Shown in pieces: positions 26,451-33,648 of a stretch of DNA of 64,000 bases (the stretch's first letter is position 1; each line of letters opens with the position of its first letter). The DNA is from a virus, in the IMG/VR virus record IMGVR_UViG_3300044692_000046, positions 1 to 64,000 of that record, one strand, 5' to 3'. The notes under the pieces were generated by a model. It ran no database searches. It was not told where the DNA came from and was given only the letters and a program-made list of their open reading frames with translations. The position numbers and the translations under genes were made by a program.

Positions 26451-26666
26451 ATGCCCGGCCCGAAGTACCCGCTCTCCGTCGCCCTCCCGGGTGGCCGGGT
26501 GAGGCACACCGCCAAGCTCGTTCAGGACGGTCCAGCCGTGGTGACGCTGTGCGGGAAGCGCGGCACGCCGACCGGCGACGGCGCCCATCTCGGCTGGTGC
26601 GCGGCATGCGCGCGCAGGCCCAACCCGCAGGACCAGAGAAGTTGTGGCTGGCCACAGACACAGTGA
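26451..26666 (+). CDS. HC3-type zinc-finger protein
   Basis: LPGGRVRH...TLCG...CAACARR. Confidence 0.6.
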   Translation: MPGPKYPLSVALPGGRVRHTAKLVQDGPAVVTLCGKRGTPTGDGAHLGWCAACARRPNPQDQRSCGWPQTQ

Positions 26667-26667
26667 G

Positions 26668-26718
26668 GCGCCGCGCACCCGTCCTGCCGGAGGGAGGCAG
26701 GAATCGGGTGCGCGGCGC
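26668..26718. terminator. Long hairpin separating accessory arm from late operon
   Basis: 14-bp stem GCGCCGCGCACCCG/CGGGTGCGCGGCGC plus inner stem. Confidence 0.65.
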
Positions 26719-26846
26719 ACTCATCGGGGGCGGGAGGGAAAGTCAGCCGGCCGGTCGAAGCGAACCGTCACAGGTTGCCGGTAGCGTTGCGAGTCCGGTC
26801 TCGCCGCCGGCAGGGGGGTTGCTCGGGGGTGGGGCGGCGAGACCGG

Positions 26847-27023
26847 TCAAGCCGTCTCGTGCAGCTCCCGCCCGTCGAGGCTGTGGTGCACCAGCAGCCA
26901 GCCCATCGACCCGTCGTCGCGCGGCACCGGCTCGACGCGCGGCCCGCACACGCAGCCGTCGCCGCACGTGTCGTGCTCGATCAGGTCGCCCAGCGGCACC
27001 ACATGCACGGCGTCCGCGCTCAT
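26847..27023 (-). CDS. Small His/Cys actinophage protein
   Basis: HVVPLGDLIEH...CVCGP...HHSLDGRE. Confidence 0.7.
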   Translation of the reverse strand: MSADAVHVVPLGDLIEHDTCGDGCVCGPRVEPVPRDDGSMGWLLVHHSLDGRELHETA

Positions 27024-27184
27024 CGCAGCAGCCCCAGCGCATTCGCCTCCGGCAGCACCACCAGCGCCAGCACCAGACACGCCGCTGCCAGCCACTCCGG
27101 GCGGCCCTTCCCCGGCCAGCCCACGCCCGCCGCGAGGAACAGCAGCAGCGCGGCAAGGCCGAGCAGCAGTTGGGCACCCAGCAT
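27020..27184 (-). CDS. Small 2-TM membrane protein
   Basis: Two hydrophobic helices. Confidence 0.55.
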   Translation of the reverse strand: MLGAQLLLGLAALLLFLAAGVGWPGKGRPEWLAAACLVLALVVLPEANALGLLR

Positions 27185-27186
27185 GG

Positions 27187-27618
27187 CTACACCGACCCGT
27201 ACTGCTCGCCGGGGCCGTCCCACATCGCCTCGACCACCTCGCGGGTTCGGTGCTCATCGCACAGCGCCGCACCGAACCACATCGGCGTGATCTCCGCGAA
27301 CCCCTTTGTCGGGGCGTCACACACACCCTCACCGACAGGGGCGCGGCAGCCTGACCAGTTGCCGAGTGTCCCGTCCAGCCGCAGCCGCTCGTCCAGCAGC
27401 CGCTGCCGCATGTGCGCGGTCGCCTCCTCGCGGGTGGCGTGCCCGATCCGGTCCCACGCAGGGGAGGCGTCACGCTGCTCGCCTGGCGTCTGGAGCATCT
27501 CCCGCCACGCCTCCGAGCAGCACTCGGCGTACCGGCCGCCCGTCTCACTGCCCCCGGCGTAGATCCAGCGTCCGGCGGCCGGGCCACGCTCGATCTGCTG
27601 GGCCATGTGCACCTGCAT
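27187..27618 (-). CDS. Hypothetical Cys-containing protein
   Basis: TGATG overlap, GC3 bias. Confidence 0.6.
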   Translation of the reverse strand: MQVHMAQQIERGPAAGRWIYAGGSETGGRYAECCSEAWREMLQTPGEQRDASPAWDRIGHATREEATAHMRQRLLDERLRLDGTLGNWSGCRAPVGEGVCDAPTKGFAEITPMWFGAALCDEHRTREVVEAMWDGPGEQYGSV

Positions 27619-27821
27619 CAGCACGTCACCACGGTCATCTGGAGCTGGCCGTGGACCGGGCAGGGCGGCGGCGGGATGATGGCGTGCCAGATCGTCGGGC
27701 AGGTGCACCGCGCGGCGTGGCCCCGGCACATGCGCCGGACCGGCTGGCCGTCCGGACCCCACGTGTAGTTGCAGGCGCACGGCGCCCCGACATGCGCGTG
27801 CTTGAGCGTCCTGATGTCCAT
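27618..27821 (-). CDS. Small Cys-rich protein
   Basis: GGAGG RBS; CTC...PCPVH. Confidence 0.5.
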   Translation of the reverse strand: MDIRTLKHAHVGAPCACNYTWGPDGQPVRRMCRGHAARCTCPTIWHAIIPPPPCPVHGQLQMTVVTC

Positions 27822-28099
27822 CAGACCTCCTCGAACAGCAGCGGAAACCTGTCCCGTCTCAGCGCAGACCACTCCCCGTCCGGCCCGTACACCAGCCACC
27901 AGCCCGGAGGCACCTGCACCAGGCCCTCCGCGCCGCTGACCCAGATCGAGCCGTCATTCACCAGCGGCACCTGCCGGGACCGGTCCGTGATCCAGTCGCA
28001 GAGGTCGGCGGCGTTGTCCCCCTCGAACAGCGCCGCCTCCACCTCCAGCGGGATGCGGCGGAACCTGCGGGCGACCGTCACGCCGAACGGGTCAGCCAC
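27821..28099 (-). CDS. Hypothetical phage protein
   Basis: FRRIPLEVEA...PGWWLV...F..LFEEV pattern. Confidence 0.6.
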   Translation of the reverse strand: MADPFGVTVARRFRRIPLEVEAALFEGDNAADLCDWITDRSRQVPLVNDGSIWVSGAEGLVQVPPGWWLVYGPDGEWSALRRDRFPLLFEEV

Positions 28100-28338
28100 G
28101 TCACCTCGGCGACCCCACCCGTGGTCACCGACGGGTAGCCGACGTGCATGTTCAGCGTCTGGCCTCGCGCCGCGGTCAGGCCCTTCGCCCGCAGGAACGC
28201 CGACAGGGTCATGCCGGCCCGGTTCGCCGCGTCCCGCAGCTCGGCCGCCTCGTCGGCGCTGAGCCGTACCGAGATGACCGAGTCGAGTCGGCGGGGCTGG
28301 ATCGGGCCGATGACCTCCCAGTCGTCGTTGTCGTCCAT
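28078..28338 (-). CDS. RHH (CopG/MobC-like) DNA-binding protein
   Basis: VISVRLSADEAAELRDAANRAGMTLSAFLR. Confidence 0.7.
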   Translation of the reverse strand: MDDNDDWEVIGPIQPRRLDSVISVRLSADEAAELRDAANRAGMTLSAFLRAKGLTAARGQTLNMHVGYPSVTTGGVAEVTWLTRSA

Positions 28339-28343
28339 CGCGA

Positions 28344-28700
28344 TCACTTTCCGGCGCTGGCTCGGACCGCGAGCATCGGGGACACCTGCGAGCGGGTCAG
28401 CAGCGACAGGAACGCCACCACCAGCGCGTCCACGCCGCCGATGAGCTCCGGGGAGGCGTGGTAGCCCCAGCCCGCAGCGAGCGCCGCCAGGGCGCCGACG
28501 AGGGTGGTGAACACGGCCGGCGCGATCGGCCGGGTGAACACGGCCTGCACCGCCCCCAGCACCGCGTTCAGCGCCGCGACGATGAGCCCGACGATCGCCG
28601 GGGTGAGGCTGTGGAAGCCGAGGGTCGCGAGCACACCGAGGCCGGCGCTGGCGAACCCGATCACGAGGGCCGGCTCGCGGCCCAGCAGCCAAGACTTCAC
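28344..28700 (-). CDS. Holin-like membrane protein
   Basis: GREPAL N-terminus, multiple TMs, RSQVSP C-terminus; in lysis cluster. Confidence 0.75.
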   Translation of the reverse strand: MKSWLLGREPALVIGFASAGLGVLATLGFHSLTPAIVGLIVAALNAVLGAVQAVFTRPIAPAVFTTLVGALAALAAGWGYHASPELIGGVDALVVAFLSLLTRSQVSPMLAVRASAGK

Positions 28701-28763
28701 GTTCGTACCCTTTCCGGGTGTTTAACCGTCCACCCGGGCGGGCGACGGAACTTGAGACACTCA

Positions 28764-28778
28764 CGCACACGTGTTCGA
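28764..28778. promoter_or_regulatory. LexA (SOS) box-like site
   Basis: CGCAC-ACGT-GTTCGA, 10 nt before ATG 28788. Confidence 0.55.
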
Positions 28779-28787
28779 ATCGGGCAC

Positions 28788-29054
28788 ATGGCGGAGGTGA
28801 TCGAGCACAAGATCGTGGAACGCTGGTGGAACGGCAGCTTCGGCGACCTGCACCGGCAGCGCCTCCGCCTGCATCGGCACGTCACCGACGACGGAGCCGA
28901 GCACTGGGCTGTTGAGCTCGACAGCACCGGCGAACATCTGGCCTACCCGTGCGACAACGAGCAGCAGGCCCACGACACCATCGCGCGGCTATGTCAGGAG
29001 CGGCCCGGCGACTGGCGGCGAGTCGATGCGGCGGCGCGAGGCGAACAGGACTGA
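28788..29054 (+). CDS. Hypothetical moron gene, antisense within lysis cluster
   Basis: MAEVIEHKIVERWWNG...; own SOS-like promoter. Confidence 0.65.
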   Translation: MAEVIEHKIVERWWNGSFGDLHRQRLRLHRHVTDDGAEHWAVELDSTGEHLAYPCDNEQQAHDTIARLCQERPGDWRRVDAAARGEQD

Positions 29055-29058
29055 GCGG

Positions 29059-29859
29059 TCAGTTCGACCTGCGCGAGTTGCTGGTGCTGCTGGTCTTCTC
29101 GCACACCACCGCCGAGATTGTGCCAGCGTCCAACGTCAGCCACGTGTGCGCCTGCGCCGTGGTGCCGTCCGGGCAGACAGGCAGTGGATGCGCCTCGAAC
29201 CACTGCTCCACCGCCGTGGCGATCTGCTCCGCCGTGGGTGGGTCACCCTGATCGCCCTTGTCGCCCTTCGGGCCGGCCGGGCCCGTTGGGCCTGCGGGAC
29301 CCGTCGGACCTGTTGAGCCAGCCGCCGGCGGGTGCTGCGTGTACACCGCCAACACCGCGTCATACACCTGCTGCGGGGTCGGTGCGATCGCTGTCGGCGC
29401 GTGCTGCGCCAGCCAGTTGTCCACGTCCGCCATCAGCGTCGCCGGATCAGGCTGCACGTGCAGCCACTCCGGATGCTGCTGGATCGCCGCGACCACCGCC
29501 GACAGCACCTGCTCCGTGGTCGGCCCTGGGCCCTGCGGACCGGATGGGCCCGGCTCGGGCGTCACGGTCGGCTGGGCCGGGTTCGCCCGGATCTCCGACG
29601 GCGGCTTCGCCACACACTGCTGGCCGAGCTTGCGGGTCTGCGAGCACTGCGCCGACACCGCCACCGACAGCCCGTGCACTTGGTCCTGCGTGTGCGCCAA
29701 CGTCACCGACAGGATCGCCAACGCCACCACCACGACCAGCGACAGCGGCAACAGCACCCACACCATCCGGTTGATGAACCGCTGCCGGTGCCGCTCCGCC
29801 GTCTGCTGAGGCCGGACCGGCTCCGCCTCGGCTACCGTCTCGGCTGGCTGGCCGCTCAC
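29059..29859 (-). CDS. Membrane-anchored collagen-repeat protein of lysis cassette
   Basis: One TM, Cys pairs, GPT-GPA-GPK-GDK repeats; GTGA overlap. Confidence 0.7.
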   Translation of the reverse strand: MSGQPAETVAEAEPVRPQQTAERHRQRFINRMVWVLLPLSLVVVVALAILSVTLAHTQDQVHGLSVAVSAQCSQTRKLGQQCVAKPPSEIRANPAQPTVTPEPGPSGPQGPGPTTEQVLSAVVAAIQQHPEWLHVQPDPATLMADVDNWLAQHAPTAIAPTPQQVYDAVLAVYTQHPPAAGSTGPTGPAGPTGPAGPKGDKGDQGDPPTAEQIATAVEQWFEAHPLPVCPDGTTAQAHTWLTLDAGTISAVVCEKTSSTSNSRRSN

Positions 29860-30221
29860 TTGTTCACCACCACCGTGATGATCGGAGCGATGATCGACGC
29901 CAGGATCGCGCCCACGAACCCCAGGATCCCGATCCACTTGGTGCGCCTCCACTCGCCTTGGTTGCGCTCCCTGTCGGCGGCCTGGGCGTCGCGTTCACGC
30001 TCCCGCTTGCGCTGATCCTCCACCCGCGCCTGCTCCAGCGCCGCGACCCGCCGCTCGAACTCGGCCTTGAGAGCGGCGACCTCGGCGCGCAACCGCTCGT
30101 GCTTCTCCATGTACAACTCGCGCGGCAGCATCCTGCCAAGCGACTCGTTCACGGTCTCGAAGTCGTCGTGCATGTCCGCGCGGAGTTGCGCGATCTCGCG
30201 GGCTACCGCGTCATCCGCCAC
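29856..30221 (-). CDS. Coiled-coil plus C-terminal TM lysis-associated protein
   Basis: Follows endolysin; WIGILGFVGAILASIIAP TM. Confidence 0.7.
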   Translation of the reverse strand: MADDAVAREIAQLRADMHDDFETVNESLGRMLPRELYMEKHERLRAEVAALKAEFERRVAALEQARVEDQRKRERERDAQAADRERNQGEWRRTKWIGILGFVGAILASIIAPIITVVVNK

Positions 30222-30300
30222 GGGCTAGCCCCGTTCTGTCGCAGGGTCATGTCCTCTCTGCGGCGGGCACCCGGCCCCACTCCGGGATGCCGCCCCGTCG

Positions 30301-31245
30301 TCAGGCCGCCGGCGTTCCCTGCCGGGCCATCAGCTGCTGGTAGAAGCTGTAGGTGATGAACCCGCCCTCGCTGATGCCGGCCTGCTTGAGGCCGTCGAGG
30401 TTGTCGGACAGGCTCTTGTCGCCGTTCGTCTTGGCCTGGGCCGGCGGGATGTGCACCAGCTCGCCGTTGCCGGTGAGCAGGAACCAGCCGGGCCAGGGCG
30501 TGCCCGCCGGCACCGTGTTGCGGTCGACCTGGACGATGACCATGTCGGTGTCCTCCGTTGCGTTGCTGGGAGTGGGGGTCGGCGGGGTGACCGCCGGGGT
30601 GAAGTAGCTGGTGAGCTCCGCCAGGGAGCCCTCGAAGGCGTTCGCGTCGACGCGCTGGCCGGCGACGAGCGCGCCGTCAGTGAACTGCCACAGCCGCGGC
30701 TTGAGGCCGCCGTAGCTGGCCCAGCCGGCGCCGGACGCGCCCGGGTACATCGCCGCCGCGTAGCCGCCCGCGCCGACATAGTTGCTGGACACCAGCTCCA
30801 GTCCGGCGGCAGCCAGCGGAGCGAGGCTCGGGGAGCCCATCGCCTGCCACACCCAGTGCGGCAGGTACTCCAGGCCCACCAGCTTGCCGCGCTGGCGCAT
30901 CGCCTTCGCGAACGCGAGCGCATCCGACAGCGACGGGATCGGGGCACCGGAACCGTCCGGCTCGTGGTCGATCATCACGCTGGCCACGTTCCCCAGCGCC
31001 GACGCGCACACGTCCGCCTGGTGCTGGATCGACACCTCGTACGAGGGGTACAGGAAGTGGTAGCCGCCGAACAGGCCGCCCACCGCTTTCGCCTGCGCGC
31101 GGAAGTTCGGGAACGCGCTGTCGGCCGAGCCGCCGTTGTAGCCCGTCGAACACCGGGCCATCACCGCCGAGAAGCCCTCCCGGTACACCTGCGCCAGGTC
31201 GAGGCCACCCTGGTAGAACGCGATGTCGATCGTGAACAGGGTCAT
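30301..31245 (-). CDS. Endolysin, GH25 muramidase-like
   Basis: IDIAFYQ, GGYHF, MIDHE (DxE), WQFT, VDANAF. Confidence 0.88.
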   Translation of the reverse strand: MTLFTIDIAFYQGGLDLAQVYREGFSAVMARCSTGYNGGSADSAFPNFRAQAKAVGGLFGGYHFLYPSYEVSIQHQADVCASALGNVASVMIDHEPDGSGAPIPSLSDALAFAKAMRQRGKLVGLEYLPHWVWQAMGSPSLAPLAAAGLELVSSNYVGAGGYAAAMYPGASGAGWASYGGLKPRLWQFTDGALVAGQRVDANAFEGSLAELTSYFTPAVTPPTPTPSNATEDTDMVIVQVDRNTVPAGTPWPGWFLLTGNGELVHIPPAQAKTNGDKSLSDNLDGLKQAGISEGGFITYSFYQQLMARQGTPAA

Positions 31246-31742
31246 GCCGAGCCCTCCTCGCCGGGAGTGAACTCCCACTCGTCCTTGGCCAGCCGGTCCA
31301 ACTTCCACACCGGGTACGTGATCGAGTGGATGCCCCGCGCCGCCGCACGATGGTGGATGTCGCAGAGGATCATCAAGCCACCCTCGGACTCTGCCGCGTT
31401 GAGGAAGTCCTCCTGCGAGTGGACGTCCAACTGCGGGAAGTCCGCCGCGACCTTCCGCCAGTCGATCTCGTTGAGACCCGCGAACTCCGCGATATCGTGA
31501 TGAGCTTCCAGTTGCTTCGCCCCGTGGCAGCGGTGCCCTGCCGGCAGCCCGGAGTGGATCTGGTCGATGGTCGCGCCGCCGATCCAGCAGCCCACTTTCA
31601 GCACGTGGATCAGGTGGTGCTGCGCCTGGTGGAAGACGCGGTAGTGCGGGTCGGACTCTCGTGGCCCGTGCGGCGGGTAGGCGGCCAGCTCGTGCAGGGT
31701 GCGCCGCTCGTAGTGCGCCGGCGGCGGCTGTTCATCGGCCAT
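31242..31742 (-). CDS. HNH-like His/Cys protein
   Basis: CWI...LEAHH...LCDIHH...GIH. Confidence 0.5.
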   Translation of the reverse strand: MADEQPPPAHYERRTLHELAAYPPHGPRESDPHYRVFHQAQHHLIHVLKVGCWIGGATIDQIHSGLPAGHRCHGAKQLEAHHDIAEFAGLNEIDWRKVAADFPQLDVHSQEDFLNAAESEGGLMILCDIHHRAAARGIHSITYPVWKLDRLAKDEWEFTPGEEGSA

Positions 31743-32047
31743 CAGGACACCGCGCCGGTCACCGGGTCCACCGTGTACATCACCTGGTCGTTGGTCATGC
31801 CGAACCGGCTCAGTGCGATCTGCGGCGCGCTGTCTGCCGGGGCGTACTGGTGGTAGGCGGCTACCACCGCCGTGATGAACGCCTTCGCATTCGCGTCCGT
31901 CCAGTCCGCGATGGCGCCCTGAACCGGCTGGTTCCACGGCCCATTGAACGTGTTGCCGAGGCACACCAGCACCTGGTTGCCGCCGGGGCTGCCGTCGTAG
32001 ATGGAGAGCTGGTAGGACACCTCGGTGCTTGTGAAGTCCTGGCTCAA
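31742..32047 (-). CDS. Hypothetical virion-associated protein
   Basis: Position after tail genes, GC3 bias. Confidence 0.6.
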   Translation of the reverse strand: MSQDFTSTEVSYQLSIYDGSPGGNQVLVCLGNTFNGPWNQPVQGAIADWTDANAKAFITAVVAAYHQYAPADSAPQIALSRFGMTNDQVMYTVDPVTGAVS

Positions 32048-32058
32048 GGCACTGCCTC

Positions 32059-32589
32059 TCAGGTGTGGACCCAGCGGGTCGTCATGAATGCCTGCACCAC
32101 GCCCGTTGCGGAGCCGGTGGAGATGGAGCCGCCGTTGTCCTGCAGGGCCTGCAGCTCGACGTAGTCACCGACGTTGAGGAACACAGTGCGGCCGAGCCCG
32201 AAGCCGGTGGCCGACGTGCCGGCGACCATCGTGGACTGACCGCCGTTGATCTGGGTGCCGTTGATGGCCCAGATGGACAGACGGCGGCCAGTCGCTGTGC
32301 CGGCAACGAGCGTCCAGCCGCCTTCGATCTCGTACCAGCCGGCTGTCTGGCTCGTGTAGCGGCTGGTGTTGCTGACGGTCGAGTGACCGTTGTCGGAGTC
32401 AATGTCCTCGGTGTCGTAGAGCAGGGCGGTGGCCGCGCTGGGGCCCAGCGACTGCGCAACCGTCTGCCGGAGACAGCACAGGGGCGGCGCCGACAGGTAC
32501 GCGAACGCGCTCACCGTGTTGTTGTTGATGTTGCTGGCGGTCGCTACCTCGCCGGTGGCGAACGTGTGCATGGTCGGGATCGTGGCCAC
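32059..32589 (-). CDS. Minor tail/receptor-binding protein, copy 2
   Basis: HTFATGEV...NNNTVSAF...SRYTSQTAGWY...FLNVGDYVE beta-sandwich. Confidence 0.75.
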   Translation of the reverse strand: MATIPTMHTFATGEVATASNINNNTVSAFAYLSAPPLCCLRQTVAQSLGPSAATALLYDTEDIDSDNGHSTVSNTSRYTSQTAGWYEIEGGWTLVAGTATGRRLSIWAINGTQINGGQSTMVAGTSATGFGLGRTVFLNVGDYVELQALQDNGGSISTGSATGVVQAFMTTRWVHT

Positions 32590-32622
32590 GCCCACCCCCG
32601 GATCGGTTGCTGCGGACGGGGG

Positions 32623-33159
32623 TCAGGTGTGTATCCAGCCGATGTTGAACGTCGGGAAGCAGTCGCCGCCGGAGGCCAGCGCGTTGAGCGTGATCGTGCC
32701 GGAGGTGGCCTGGATGCCGACCTCCACGTAGTCGCCCACGTTGAGGAAGCGGGTCGCCACAGCTGTCGGCGCGCAGGCGATGCTGGACGATACGTAGCCG
32801 CCGGTTTTGCCCGCCAGGAAGCTGGTGCTGCCGTTGGTTTTGAACGCCATCTGCACAACCACCGCCGACGCGCTCGACGACAGGCACTGCATGGAGGCCG
32901 TCAGGTCATACCATCCGGCCGTCTGCGCCGTGTACCGAGACGTGTTGGTGACGGTACTGTGGCCGCCGTCGCTGTCCTCGTCCTCCGTGTCGAACAAGAC
33001 GCTCGCCCATCCGGACAGGGAGGTCTGGAGCACCGTCTGCCGCAGCACCGCCAGCGGTGGGGCGCTGGAGAAGGCGAACGCGGAGACCGTGTTGTTGTTC
33101 AGGTTGCTGGGCGTCACCACTTCGCCGGCGGTGAAGGTGTGCATGCTGGGGATGATCAC
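32623..33159 (-). CDS. Minor tail/receptor-binding protein, copy 1
   Basis: Clear paralogue of 32059-32589. Confidence 0.75.
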   Translation of the reverse strand: MIIPSMHTFTAGEVVTPSNLNNNTVSAFAFSSAPPLAVLRQTVLQTSLSGWASVLFDTEDEDSDGGHSTVTNTSRYTAQTAGWYDLTASMQCLSSSASAVVVQMAFKTNGSTSFLAGKTGGYVSSSIACAPTAVATRFLNVGDYVEVGIQATSGTITLNALASGGDCFPTFNIGWIHT

Positions 33160-33174
33160 GCGGCCATCCCCCGA

Positions 33175-33639
33175 TCACCTGCTGATGCGCCACTCGTGGA
33201 AGCGGCGCGGGATCTCGGCCAGATGCTCGTGGTTGACCTGCGGCGCGTCCCAGTCGTGGGGCAGCCAGCCGACCGAGCCGCGGCACCGGGCCTCACGGCA
33301 GGAGATCGGCGGCTTGATGTGGTAGGTGTTGCCCTGCTCGTCGTGCCACACCGTGTCCAGCCAGACTCGCGGCCACGGGTCCGGCAGGAGTCGCAGCGGC
33401 TGGCCGGAGATGTTGTCCAGGTACCAGACGTTCGCGTCGGGCGTCCCGTCGTCGTTCAGGAACGGGTGCCCCTGAACTGCCGTGACGACCGCCTCGACGA
33501 GGTCTCCGAACTGCTGAGCCCGGTACCAGACGATGTCCCCGACCTCGGGGATCGGTGTCGGTCGCGGCCGGGCGTGCACCGACAGCGTGATCTCCTCGCG
33601 GGTCAGGGGCACGGAGCGAAGGTCAGGGTCGTAGTCCAC
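33175..33639 (-). CDS. Hypothetical protein
   Basis: GAGGGGG RBS; between tail genes. Confidence 0.65.
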   Translation of the reverse strand: MDYDPDLRSVPLTREEITLSVHARPRPTPIPEVGDIVWYRAQQFGDLVEAVVTAVQGHPFLNDDGTPDANVWYLDNISGQPLRLLPDPWPRVWLDTVWHDEQGNTYHIKPPISCREARCRGSVGWLPHDWDAPQVNHEHLAEIPRRFHEWRISR

Positions 33640-33648
33640 GCCACCCCC

